From a virus (lineage: Duplodnaviria; Caudoviricetes), in the IMG/VR virus record IMGVR_UViG_3300049595_005065: a stretch of DNA of 64,000 nt; one strand, 5' to 3'. The position numbers were made by a program, and so were the translations under genes. Below the pieces are notes generated by a model. The model searched no databases. It was not told where the DNA came from and worked only from the letters and a program-made list of their open reading frames with translations. Positions 53,770 to 62,684 of this stretch are shown one piece after another; position 1 is the first letter of the stretch; each line of letters opens with the position of its first letter.

Positions 53770-54025
53770 AGACGACCTCAAAGATATCAATCCCGATTCG
53801 CAGCTTCACAAACGAGTAGTCGAAGAGCTCGCGAGCATTGAAGCCGGGCGCCCGTACGTCAAGTACGCCGAGGACCGGCTGCAGCGTGACGGCGACCTAG
53901 AGATCGACGACGACGCCGTGGTCAGCCTGGGCTTCGACGACGGCGCCTACATCATGTGCTGGAAGTGGATCGACCACGACACCATGCGCGCCGAAGGTTA
54001 CCTGGAGCCCGACAATGACGATTGA
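53756..54025 (+). CDS. hypothetical protein
   Basis: GTG start; DGDLEIDDDAVVS..GAY...W.W. Confidence 0.65.
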   Translation: MSLSEDDLKDINPDSQLHKRVVEELASIEAGRPYVKYAEDRLQRDGDLEIDDDAVVSLGFDDGAYIMCWKWIDHDTMRAEGYLEPDNDD

Positions 54026-54224
54026 AGAAGCGATCGAGAATCTCGAAGCCGCCAGGCAGCGCGGCGTGAAGAGCGTCATCCTGGCTTACTGGGAAGCCGA
54101 TCAGTTTCAGCGCGAAGACAACGAGGAGTGGGAGCACGCCGCCGAGCTTGTTGAGCGCAAAATGGACTGGTCTGGCACACACGATGACCTGGCCATGACG
54201 CTAGACCTTTACACAAACGAGTAA
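54015..54224 (+). CDS. hypothetical protein
   Basis: Overlapping-operon ORF, 69 aa. Confidence 0.65.
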   Translation: MTIEEAIENLEAARQRGVKSVILAYWEADQFQREDNEEWEHAAELVERKMDWSGTHDDLAMTLDLYTNE

Positions 54225-54227
54225 CAA

Positions 54228-54440
54228 ATGCCTGCACCGCCGATTGACCATTTTTCAGACGAGCTGGTCACGCTCCTGGAGTTCGTCCGGGTCGCCGTGA
54301 AGGGTTTCCCCAAGACGACCGACAAGATCCTGACCCACATGGACCTGTCCGACGAGGCCTTCATGGAGGCTGTCAACGCGCTCGCCGCCGAGGTCAGCTT
54401 CGACTTCGACGAGGAGCCGGACGACGTGGAGGACGAATGA
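54228..54440 (+). CDS. hypothetical acidic protein
   Basis: 70 aa, typical codon bias. Confidence 0.65.
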   Translation: MPAPPIDHFSDELVTLLEFVRVAVKGFPKTTDKILTHMDLSDEAFMEAVNALAAEVSFDFDEEPDDVEDE

Positions 54441-54676
54441 GCGACAAATCCAAGAAAACCAGCAAGAAGCAGCACACGATCCAGGAGCTGCTCAGCATGC
54501 GCGACCGCCTGGACGACCTGCTAGCCGAGCTGTGCCCGCCTTGCCCCGAGTGCTGTCCGCCCGACTGGCCCGGCGAACCGGGCGAGATCGTGGATCACGG
54601 CAAAGGCGAAATCAGCATCTGCGAGCACTGCTGGGGCCGAGGTTACATGGAACCCGACGAGGGCGACGATGGCTAA
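54437..54676 (+). CDS. small Zn-finger protein
   Basis: CPEC...CEHCWGRG. Confidence 0.65.
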   Translation: MSDKSKKTSKKQHTIQELLSMRDRLDDLLAELCPPCPECCPPDWPGEPGEIVDHGKGEISICEHCWGRGYMEPDEGDDG

Positions 54677-54863
54677 GAAACCTGTCGACCTTGCAAAGCA
54701 GCTCCGGGACTGCCAAAAGCGCCTCAGCGACGCCCTGGACGTGCTGGAGAACATCAAGTACGCGGCCGACAACGGCGACTGGGACATCCTGGACGCCGCG
54801 GCGATCGGCGCTGAGCGCGAGCTGAAGCGCAATGGCCGCAACACCAAAGATGAGGACAAGTAA
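54669..54863 (+). CDS. hypothetical protein
   Basis: 64 aa, overlapping operon. Confidence 0.6.
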   Translation: MAKKPVDLAKQLRDCQKRLSDALDVLENIKYAADNGDWDILDAAAIGAERELKRNGRNTKDEDK

Positions 54864-55246
54864 TGGCCCGTAGCGGCAAACGCAGTTTTGAAGTTTATCG
54901 ATTTCCGACCACAACCCCCGACAAGTTCATCGAGGTCAAGGTCGCTTATTGCGAGGGCGGCGCCAATAACTTCAGTGGCGTCACAAACTCTCGCGCTTAT
55001 TACATGCACGTTACGCCGATTACCGTGGAGCGGCTTGTTGGCGGCGTCGAAACCAAATCGTACAAGCTGTTTCACGGCTGCAAATCGCTAATTGAAGAAG
55101 TCAAACGCTATAGCGAAAAGCGGATTCTTGCGCTGGTCAACCAGGTTGGGCGGGATTGCGAAACCAGGGCGCCAAAAGTCATGCGGCTGGTTAACTTCGT
55201 GCTCAACGAAGAAGACCTGACCCTAGCCGAAACGGTGGCGGCGTAA
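54863..55246 (+). CDS. hypothetical protein
   Basis: TAATG overlap; 127 aa. Confidence 0.65.
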   Translation: MARSGKRSFEVYRFPTTTPDKFIEVKVAYCEGGANNFSGVTNSRAYYMHVTPITVERLVGGVETKSYKLFHGCKSLIEEVKRYSEKRILALVNQVGRDCETRAPKVMRLVNFVLNEEDLTLAETVAA

Positions 55247-55248
55247 TT

Positions 55249-55425
55249 ATGCCTCAACTGCGAATTGAAGCCGAGTACGGCTATGACGGAGAGATCAATT
55301 ACCACGTTATTGAGTTTGACGACGAACACGAAGAGGAAGTCGTGGCGGTCGTGTACGGCCGCGAGGACATCGCCGAAGCGTTGGTTAACGCCGTTCAAGC
55401 CTTTGAAGTACTGGGAAAAATGTAA
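55249..55425 (+). CDS. small acidic protein (absent from ORF track)
   Basis: 58 aa, MPQLRIEAEYGYDGEINYHVIEF...; fills the gap exactly. Confidence 0.55.
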   Translation: MPQLRIEAEYGYDGEINYHVIEFDDEHEEEVVAVVYGREDIAEALVNAVQAFEVLGKM

Positions 55426-55760
55426 TGAATCAATCGTATCGCAACATTTGTAGGGCGTTTTGGGCTGATCATATTGACGACGACCCTGTGTCGGATGACG
55501 TGCTTGACGCAATGAGCGACGCACTAGACGCCACAGCGCAAGATTGCGCGGCATTTTTTCTTGCTCACGGTACGCATCCTTGGCTTGTCAGCGAAGAACC
55601 AGACGAAAGGCTTATTGCGGTCGCGCCAAAACTTCTGGAAGCCGCAAAGCTGCTCGTGGTGCTCGAAGACAACGAGGTACACGACGCAGATACACGATGG
55701 AAAACAGCTCGTAAGCTATTGCGCAAAGCCATTGCGCAAGCAGAAGGAAAAACCACATGA
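55425..55760 (+). CDS. hypothetical protein
   Basis: TAATG overlap; C-terminal LIAVAPKLLEA..A..KAIAQA motif common in phage ORFs. Confidence 0.65.
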   Translation: MNQSYRNICRAFWADHIDDDPVSDDVLDAMSDALDATAQDCAAFFLAHGTHPWLVSEEPDERLIAVAPKLLEAAKLLVVLEDNEVHDADTRWKTARKLLRKAIAQAEGKTT

Positions 55761-56215
55761 CTGCAAGACTTGCCTACATCATGCGCCATGACGCGGAATT
55801 CGATCCCGCCCACATGCGCGAGATCATCTATGACCTGTATGCCGGGTCGTTCGAGAACGATTGCGGCAGCACCGACGAGATCGTGGACGTCCTGAGCACG
55901 GCGATTTTCAAGTACCGCTGCGCCACCGAGGACGACCTGGACACCGAGAAGGAATTCATCAAGGACGGCCACGCCGCGGAGCAGTACTTCTGCGACTGCA
56001 TGCGGAAGATCCTGGCGGCCAACGGTTGGCACCCCGACGGCCTGGAAGACTACGCCGTCTGGCCGGACAACCTCTCGGTCGAGACGACCTGGGAAAAGGA
56101 AGTCCTGCGCGAACTGGCGCAAATCCAGGCGGGCCACGACCTGGTGGTCCGGGACCAGCTCAAGAAGCTGTGGGAAGAAGAGAAAGCCAAGGAGGGCGCC
56201 GCCAAGGCGGAATAG
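55757..56215 (+). CDS. hypothetical protein
   Basis: 152 aa, strong codon bias. Confidence 0.7.
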   Translation: MTARLAYIMRHDAEFDPAHMREIIYDLYAGSFENDCGSTDEIVDVLSTAIFKYRCATEDDLDTEKEFIKDGHAAEQYFCDCMRKILAANGWHPDGLEDYAVWPDNLSVETTWEKEVLRELAQIQAGHDLVVRDQLKKLWEEEKAKEGAAKAE

Positions 56216-56221
56216 ATATCT

Positions 56222-56545
56222 ATGGAAGCACGCGTTTTCACCAAGGGCATCCTGAAGAGCGTCAACACCATGGCGCAGGTTCAGGGCTATAACCGGGTCA
56301 CCGACGAGAAGTTCCTCGACCGGCTGCCCGACGGGTTCTACACGCCCAAGTACACCCTGCTGCACGAGCACAAGGCAGGCAAGCCCTGCGAGCCGCACGT
56401 CCGCTGCGTGTTCGACCACGAGGGGGACTATTTCTTTATCGACGTCGAAATGGGCTGCTGGGAGAAGCTCCCAACGGCCAGCGGTTTCGCCGATATGATC
56501 GCGCATGTTCACAGCCGTCGGGCCATGGGAGACACCAGCGTATGA
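56222..56545 (+). CDS. hypothetical protein
   Basis: 107 aa; His/Cys cluster HEH...CEPHVRC. Confidence 0.7.
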   Translation: MEARVFTKGILKSVNTMAQVQGYNRVTDEKFLDRLPDGFYTPKYTLLHEHKAGKPCEPHVRCVFDHEGDYFFIDVEMGCWEKLPTASGFADMIAHVHSRRAMGDTSV

Positions 56546-56976
56546 GCGTCGAACTGATCAAGGCCCGGCAGCAGGAACTGGCTGCTGCCGAGGCTGCCCG
56601 CCGCAAGGCCATCCAGGACCGCGCCGACGCGGCCAGGGAGGCGTTTGAGCGCACGGGCATTCCCGAGGCCTGGAAGCAGCTCGCGGACGTCAAGGTGCCG
56701 CACTGGCGCGGAGACGGCAGTCGGCAGAACGTCGACAGCAAGAATCTGGTGCCGCTGGCCGAGCACGCCAAGAAGTTCACCGATACGGCGCTGATCCTGT
56801 ACGATTGGGACGGCGAGACGCGAATGGGCTGGGCCGTCGAGACCACGGACAAGGGCGCCGTGATCTTCGTGCGGCGTGAGCGCACCTGCACCACGTCGAC
56901 CTGGCACACGCCCGAAGAACTGCAGAAGGATTTCGTCGACTACATGGCGAAGTTCCTGCCGCCGCTGGAAAACTAG
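56542..56976 (+). CDS. hypothetical protein
   Basis: ATGA overlap; 144 aa. Confidence 0.7.
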   Translation: MSVELIKARQQELAAAEAARRKAIQDRADAAREAFERTGIPEAWKQLADVKVPHWRGDGSRQNVDSKNLVPLAEHAKKFTDTALILYDWDGETRMGWAVETTDKGAVIFVRRERTCTTSTWHTPEELQKDFVDYMAKFLPPLEN

Positions 56977-56985
56977 GAGGGACGA

Positions 56986-57261
56986 ATGACCGACTGCGAA
57001 CTTACCAATCTTCGCGCAGAGAACAAATTATTGGCGGCAGAATTAGAAAAGCACCGCGAAGCTATCTGCCGCCTCGCTGACCAAGACGCAACGCTGTCGG
57101 TGTGCAACGGCAACGTGACGGTGACGATGGATGGCACGCTGACCGACGAGGAGCGGGAGGCGCTGGATGACGCGGCACATGCTGTTGCGCAAATTTATGT
57201 TGGACCCAAAGGCGTAGGCATTGCCGCCACGCTCCGCTCGCTGCTGGAGAGAACCAAATGA
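56986..57261 (+). CDS. hypothetical protein with TLTDEEREA module
   Basis: SD AGGAGG. Confidence 0.65.
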   Translation: MTDCELTNLRAENKLLAAELEKHREAICRLADQDATLSVCNGNVTVTMDGTLTDEEREALDDAAHAVAQIYVGPKGVGIAATLRSLLERTK

Positions 57262-57488
57262 GAATCGACCCTGACGTAATTGAGGCATCCCGGCCCGATG
57301 ATCGCGAGATAGCGTTACTCGCGGCGGAAGTGCGGCGCCTACAGGCCGTAATTAACAGCGAAGAACCCACGCTCACCGACGAGGAGCGGGAGGCGATTGA
57401 GTTGGCGACGCAGGAAGCAGGAGGTGCCAACCTGCTCGCCGCCAGGCTCCGCGCGCTGCTTCAACGACTAGAAAAAGCCAATGGCTAA
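57258..57488 (+). CDS. hypothetical protein with TLTDEEREA module
   Basis: ATGA overlap; shares a 28-nt repeat with the previous gene. Confidence 0.65.
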   Translation: MRIDPDVIEASRPDDREIALLAAEVRRLQAVINSEEPTLTDEEREAIELATQEAGGANLLAARLRALLQRLEKANG

Positions 57489-57666
57489 CACGCGTGTTTG
57501 CACGCTCTCGCTCACCGTTCGGTACGATCCAGCGCTCACGGACCCCGAAGGGCTGTGCGGCGCCCTCGATCAGCTGCTGGAGACCGCGATGAGCACGCCG
57601 GGCATCATGGAAGAATACGGAGATCCAAGTATCAGTGGTTTTAACGTTGTGGAGTTCAACGAATGA
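57481..57666 (+). CDS. hypothetical protein
   Basis: 61 aa, overlapping operon. Confidence 0.6.
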   Translation: MANTRVCTLSLTVRYDPALTDPEGLCGALDQLLETAMSTPGIMEEYGDPSISGFNVVEFNE

Positions 57667-57863
57667 CTGTGGTTACGCTTAATCTTGAAAAGCGCGGCGC
57701 CAAAGTGCTGCGCGAGGTCCTTTCCTACGCCCTGTCGAACCTGGACGACCTGAACGAGGCGCTCGACAGCGACGTGCAGGAGGACGAGGTCAACTTCATG
57801 CTCAACGTGCTGAACAGCCTCGAGCTGGACGCGCCAAACACAGAAGACGAGCCGACCGAATGA
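57663..57863 (+). CDS. hypothetical acidic protein
   Basis: 66 aa, ATGA overlaps at both ends. Confidence 0.65.
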   Translation: MTVVTLNLEKRGAKVLREVLSYALSNLDDLNEALDSDVQEDEVNFMLNVLNSLELDAPNTEDEPTE

Positions 57864-58792
57864 TTCTGCTTACCGGCGCCGCGGGCTTTATCGGCTCAAA
57901 CGTCCTCAAGGCGCTCAACGCCCAGGGCCGCGACGACATCATCTGCGTTGACGACCTGACCGACGGGCGCAAGATGCAACACCTCGCCGGGAAGAAGTTT
58001 TACTATTACTGTGATTATCGCGACCTGGGAAAAGGTAAAACGCGCGAGGCCAAGCTTAGCGCGATTATTCACCAGGGTGCAAACTCGGACACCACCGAGT
58101 CAAACGGCCGTAACATCATGCTGGCCAATTACAGTTTTTCGGTGGATTTGTTCGACCTGGCGGCTGCCGCGGCCTGTCCGCTGATCTACGCTTCAAGCGC
58201 GGCGATCTACGGCCCGGGCAAGCCCCGGTGCGTCGAGTCGCACGAGCACGAGCACGAGCACCCGACCACGCCGTACGCCATCTCGAAGTGGGCGTTTGAC
58301 GAATACGTCCGCGGTCGATTGACGCAGGCGGCTAACAGGGTGGTCGGCCTGCGGTATTTCAACGTCTACGGCCCGGGCGAGGCGCACAAGGGCCGGATGG
58401 CCAGCGTAGCGCACCACCTGTTCGAGCAAGCCAAGCTGAACGGCGACTGCGTGCTCTTCGAGGGAAGCAAAGATATCTTTCGTGATTTTGTCTACATCGA
58501 CGACGTTGTACAGGTCGTCTTGTGGGCACTGAACGAAGCACCCTCGGGGATTTACAATGTCGGCACCGGCCAGGCTCGGTCGTTTCACGACGTGTTCGAG
58601 TGCGTGGCGCGGCAAACGAAGTATCCCGGCGCATGCCGCTGGGTTCCGTTTCCCGAGGAGCTGCGCGCCCAGTATCAGTTTCACACGCAGGCTGACCTTA
58701 CTCGCCTGCGCGCGGCCGGTTACGCCGAAGCGTTTCGGTCGCTGGAAGAGGGCATGACGGCGTACTGGCGCAACATCCAGTACGCAGCATGA
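57860..58792 (+). CDS. hldD: ADP-L-glycero-D-manno-heptose 6-epimerase
   Basis: TGAAGFIGSN, HQGANSDTTE, YASSAAIYG, YAISK (YxxxK), LRYFNVYGPGEAHKGRMASV, RDFVYIDDV, YQFHTQAD. Confidence 0.92.
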   Translation: MILLTGAAGFIGSNVLKALNAQGRDDIICVDDLTDGRKMQHLAGKKFYYYCDYRDLGKGKTREAKLSAIIHQGANSDTTESNGRNIMLANYSFSVDLFDLAAAAACPLIYASSAAIYGPGKPRCVESHEHEHEHPTTPYAISKWAFDEYVRGRLTQAANRVVGLRYFNVYGPGEAHKGRMASVAHHLFEQAKLNGDCVLFEGSKDIFRDFVYIDDVVQVVLWALNEAPSGIYNVGTGQARSFHDVFECVARQTKYPGACRWVPFPEELRAQYQFHTQADLTRLRAAGYAEAFRSLEEGMTAYWRNIQYAA

Positions 58793-58941
58793 GTTACCGC
58801 GCGACTTTACCCAATGTTTTGCAAACGTATTTCGTTTGCGTGTTACAGAGGCAACTAATGAAAGTTAGACGACTTGGTTTGTGTCCTGACCCCGCGCAAC
58901 TTGCGGCAAAGCAAAACACAACCATTCCCAAGGAAACGCCT

Positions 58942-59226
58942 GTGAAGACAAGAATTACCCGTACCAAGCAGGTAGCGCGCAAGGCTAGCGTGACGCTTGA
59001 AGACGGTTTTGTGATTATCAAACTTCCGTTTGTAACGGAAGGCAAGCCCAGCTCGACCGGTAAGACCAATATTCACGGCGCCACCCACGGCCCGCGGCGC
59101 GTGCTGCAAGAAACCGCCAACGGCATGGAGCCCGTGATCATTAACAATGGCTATCTTAAGGCCATTGCGTCTGTTTTTGCGGCACCAGACAGCCTTGACA
59201 ACAGCCAGAACGATTCCACCAACTGA
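58942..59226 (+). CDS. hypothetical protein
   Basis: GTG start, SD AAGGA; KPSSTGKT motif. Confidence 0.6.
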   Translation: MKTRITRTKQVARKASVTLEDGFVIIKLPFVTEGKPSSTGKTNIHGATHGPRRVLQETANGMEPVIINNGYLKAIASVFAAPDSLDNSQNDSTN

Positions 59227-59237
59227 CAGGAGGATTT

Positions 59238-60353
59238 ATGTCCAACACGGAACAGAGACGAGATCGCAACTTCCACCGCAGCGCGCCGACGAACGAGATC
59301 GCAGAGCAGCTGCTGATCGGCCTGCCTCGTGATACGTCGCTCAGAACGCTGCCTCATGTCCTGCCCGGCTGTTCGCTTGACGCAAACGGGCGCGCAATTC
59401 CCGAAGAGGAACGGCAGCCGCAGGTCTGGGAAGACGGCGTCTACATCGCGGTGTGCAACCGGGTCGCGCGCGAATTGCAGAAGTACAACACCTGCAATCG
59501 CAATCGCCGCGAAAACAACGTCACGCGACTTGTCGACGCGATGATGACCAACGCGTGGATGTACAACGGAAAGTCGAGCACGCTGGCCTGCTCGAACACG
59601 GCAATCCTCGACAGCCAGCATTTCCTCGAGGCAGCCGTGCGCTACTTCGAGGGGCCGGAGACCGAGCACGTCAAGCGACCGTTCTTGATGCGCGTCGAGA
59701 TGGGGCTGCCGCCAGAAACCTTCGCAACCTACGACAATGGCGCCAAGCGCACTGTCGCAGACACGCTGGTTGTCGGCGCGGCAACGGGATCGGTCGACTA
59801 CGGCGACGTTTCGGACACGTTGCTGGCGTCGTCGCAGAGGCTGCTGTTGCAGTATCTCAACAACGTCCATGATGACCTCAAGCCGACGGATCTCGAGTAC
59901 CTGCCCAACGAACGGGCCGGTCTCGTGAACAGCCGCGCTTGCGATATCCTCCGGGCATATCCAAACCTGGTGTCGTCCGCAGCGTTCATCACCACCCTTC
60001 GTGGCCTGCAGGCTTTTGTGAAGGGCCACGTTGCGGTGGTCGCGCACATGCTGATCTCGGAGATCCAGTCGACCAACGCCGCAAACAACTTCCTTCGCGG
60101 CCTGGCCACCGGTGTTAACCTCGAGGAAGGCAGCCCGGTGCTCGCATTGCGCAGCGTCTACATGAAGTCGCGCTCGCGAAAGCGTCGGATGGAAGGTCCC
60201 GAGGCGCTTGCGTTTTTCATCCGCGCCTGGAACTTTTTCGCAGAAGGAAAGACCATCTCGGCTGGTCGTCTGCGTGGGTTCGATCCGGAAAACAAGATCC
60301 CCGTGCCGCAGAGACTGTCTCGAGCGCGTCGAACTGAGGCTGTCGAGAGCTGA
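59238..60353 (+). CDS. ParB/Srx-like N-terminal domain protein with degenerate nucleotide-binding motif
   Basis: NRNRRENNVTRLVDAM...W...ILDSQHFLEA (cf. LDGQHRL.A)...YDNGAKRTVAD. Confidence 0.6.
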   Translation: MSNTEQRRDRNFHRSAPTNEIAEQLLIGLPRDTSLRTLPHVLPGCSLDANGRAIPEEERQPQVWEDGVYIAVCNRVARELQKYNTCNRNRRENNVTRLVDAMMTNAWMYNGKSSTLACSNTAILDSQHFLEAAVRYFEGPETEHVKRPFLMRVEMGLPPETFATYDNGAKRTVADTLVVGAATGSVDYGDVSDTLLASSQRLLLQYLNNVHDDLKPTDLEYLPNERAGLVNSRACDILRAYPNLVSSAAFITTLRGLQAFVKGHVAVVAHMLISEIQSTNAANNFLRGLATGVNLEEGSPVLALRSVYMKSRSRKRRMEGPEALAFFIRAWNFFAEGKTISAGRLRGFDPENKIPVPQRLSRARRTEAVES

Positions 60354-60371
60354 TCTTTCTAGATTGGGAGA

Positions 60372-60582
60372 TTGGGAGGGATGGCAGGGCTGTGTAGCCC
60401 TGCCTCCCAACCAAATCCTCTACTCCCTTATGGCCACCGAAGGTGGCCATCTAGGTCAGGGCAAATCGGACAGCTTTTTTTCTTAGCTGTCAACGTAAGT
60501 GCTCTGTTTGCAAAGACTTAAGTAGGCTGCGCGCAGCGTTTTTCGCAGCGCACTCTCAAAAAACTGCGCGTAAGTCTTTGCA
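60372..60582 (+). ncRNA. cluster of three intergenic hairpins, including T-GTGT-A loop copy 4
   Basis: GGCAGGGCT-GTGT-AGCCCTGCC; ATGGCCACC-GAA-GGTGGCCAT; TGCAAAGACTTA(60509)...TAAGTCTTTGCA(60582). Confidence 0.45.
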
Positions 60583-60616
60583 GTTCTTCAAGTTATGTCT
60601 CGTTTTGAGGAGCCGA

Positions 60617-61432
60617 ATGGCTGAGAGTCCGCGCTCACCACCCCGAAAGATATCTATTCGCCCGATCCGCCAGGCTGCTGTCGAGCCTGAAACCCGCGGC
60701 GTCGTGCTCTATCGCGGCGAAAGCCCCTTCTTGCCCGACGGCGATCGCTCGTACGCCGTGATCCTGACGTTCCAGTCTGACAACCGGAAGACCGGCGACA
60801 TGGCGCAGATCTGGCTCATCCCCGAGAACGAGTCACCGCTCATGGCGCGCCAGCTCGGTCTGCACCAGATCGTCTGCGGCGACTGTCCCGTCGTAGCTCT
60901 GTGCTACGTGAACCTCGCACACCGCCCCAGGACGCTCTACGAGGCCTACAAGCGCGGAGAGTACCCAGACGCCGGTCCAGCGCTCTACGAGCCCGTGGTG
61001 GCCTTCAAGGGCGTCCGGTTCGGCGCCTACGGCGACCCGGTCCTGATTCCGCTGCCGATGGTCGAGCGGCTGGTCGCCCTGGCGGGTCGGCGCTTCACCG
61101 GGTACACCCACCAGTGGCGCCGCCCGGAGTACCAGGTCTACCGGCCCTACTTCATGGCGAGCTGCGAGACCCTTGAGGACGCGCAGCTGGCCGAGAGCAT
61201 GGGCTGGCGCTGGTACATGGTCACGCTTGACGAGACCGTGCCCGGCGCCGTGCTGTGCCCCCACCAGAACGAACAGAACAAGTACGAGGTGAAGTGCAAC
61301 ACCTGCTGGGCCTGCAATGGCGCCAGCCGCCCTGTCGGTGCACGGCAGCGCGCCAACATCATCGCGCGGCCAACAGGCCACAACCACAGCGCCACACGTT
61401 GGCGCAAACACATGGAGAAACAAACTGCATGA
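60617..61432 (+). CDS. GP88-like Cys-rich phage protein
   Basis: SDNRKTGDMAQIW, CGDCP..CYV, VRFGAYGDP, TGYTHQW, MASCE, CNTCWAC. Confidence 0.65.
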   Translation: MAESPRSPPRKISIRPIRQAAVEPETRGVVLYRGESPFLPDGDRSYAVILTFQSDNRKTGDMAQIWLIPENESPLMARQLGLHQIVCGDCPVVALCYVNLAHRPRTLYEAYKRGEYPDAGPALYEPVVAFKGVRFGAYGDPVLIPLPMVERLVALAGRRFTGYTHQWRRPEYQVYRPYFMASCETLEDAQLAESMGWRWYMVTLDETVPGAVLCPHQNEQNKYEVKCNTCWACNGASRPVGARQRANIIARPTGHNHSATRWRKHMEKQTA

Positions 61433-61683
61433 TCATTAACTGCGTCGTTGCCTGCCGTAACGCGGAAGGCGTGTCTGATTTCTATTTCTGCAAGGTCGAT
61501 CTTCCGGAAGAAGAGTACGACATCGGCACGCATTACGAGCTGGCCGAAGACGCCGCTTTGAGCGAGGGTTACGAGGGGCCGATGGTTACGTTCGATGAAA
61601 ACGACGGCCCGGACTGGCTGTTTGAGCGTTTTGTCTGGGACTCTGCCGACATAGTTGCAGAAGGGGACGAGGAGGACGACTGA
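61429..61683 (+). CDS. hypothetical acidic protein
   Basis: ATGA overlap; 84 aa. Confidence 0.65.
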   Translation: MIINCVVACRNAEGVSDFYFCKVDLPEEEYDIGTHYELAEDAALSEGYEGPMVTFDENDGPDWLFERFVWDSADIVAEGDEEDD

Positions 61684-61871
61684 TGGCGCTGCGCAAGGAA
61701 GAACAGGCCCGCCTCGACGCGGAGCGCGACCGCCTCCCCGAGGAGGCCAAGCAGATGCGCCGAAATTTCGCTCTGATGATGCTGGAAAAGCTTGACGCGC
61801 AGATTCGGCGCGGTAGGATCACCAACTCTCCACGGAAGGATTCTCGCCATGGCTTGTCAGCCGGAAGCTGA
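61683..61871 (+). CDS. hypothetical protein
   Basis: TGATG overlap; 62 aa. Confidence 0.55.
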   Translation: MALRKEEQARLDAERDRLPEEAKQMRRNFALMMLEKLDAQIRRGRITNSPRKDSRHGLSAGS

Positions 61872-62121
61872 CCCCTTCTACGATCTGCGGCTCACGAACC
61901 CCGAGGCCCTGCTGGCCGACGGATTCGAGGCCGCCTATCTCGGCTTCACGATCAATCACCACCACGCGATGGTCGCCACGTACGACTACGACAAGTGCGT
62001 AACCGTGCTCGTAGAGCGCGACGGCATGACCGACGAGGAAGCCGAAGAGTTTCTGTCCTTCAACACGTTGGACGCCTACGTCGGCGAGAACGGTCCGTTG
62101 TTTATCAAGAGGCCCTCATGA
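61849..62121 (+). CDS. conserved phage hypothetical protein
   Basis: ADGFEAAYLG...YDYDKCV.VL..RDGMT.EEA.EF..FN...YVGE.GP.F. Confidence 0.75.
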   Translation: MACQPEADPFYDLRLTNPEALLADGFEAAYLGFTINHHHAMVATYDYDKCVTVLVERDGMTDEEAEEFLSFNTLDAYVGENGPLFIKRPS

Positions 62122-62684
62122 CCATCCGCAAGCGGTTTGACGTCCCCCGGCGCAATGACCGGTGTCCCTGCGGCAGCGGCAAGAAGTTCAAGAAGTGCTG
62201 CACGCCCAGTGCGCCGCATCAGTCAAACGGCCACCACAGCCGCGCCGTGGGCTATATCGACGACGGCGAGGATGCCGTGCGTTGGGTGATTACCAACGCG
62301 CGGGGCACGAGCTTCTTCTCGGACAAAGACAACAAAATCTTGGTGTTCACCGACAAGGCCGTGGCGTTCGCCATTGCGCATATGTCGGAGTTCTCCAGCC
62401 AGGAGCCGGGCGAGATCAACGTCGCTGCGGTCGGCGAAAGCAAATTCAAGCATCTATGTGAAATACTGCCCTACGTGGAGGTCTCGGACGTCGAGACTGG
62501 CGTGGAACTGGTCCTGCAGCGGATTGAGGCCCGGCAGGCAGAACTAAACACTCAAGAAGGAACGGAAGATGGCAACCAAGAAGAAAACCAAGCGGGCGGC
62601 GGCCAAGACGGCAGCGCCCCCGAAGAAGCGCCTGACCAAGGCCCAGAAGCTGGCGGAGGCGCGGCGGGAGATAGCCCGGCGTAA
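62118..62684 (+). CDS. SEC-C motif protein
   Basis: RNDRCPCGSGKKFKKCC. Confidence 0.8.
   Translation: MTIRKRFDVPRRNDRCPCGSGKKFKKCCTPSAPHQSNGHHSRAVGYIDDGEDAVRWVITNARGTSFFSDKDNKILVFTDKAVAFAIAHMSEFSSQEPGEINVAAVGESKFKHLCEILPYVEVSDVETGVELVLQRIEARQAELNTQEGTEDGNQEENQAGGGQDGSAPEEAPDQGPEAGGGAAGDSPA

Noticed and set aside
57860-58792. hldD as host contamination or a chimeric join
   Set aside because: Start overlaps the upstream phage ORF (ATGA), and the gene carries the phage-wide palindrome at 58469.
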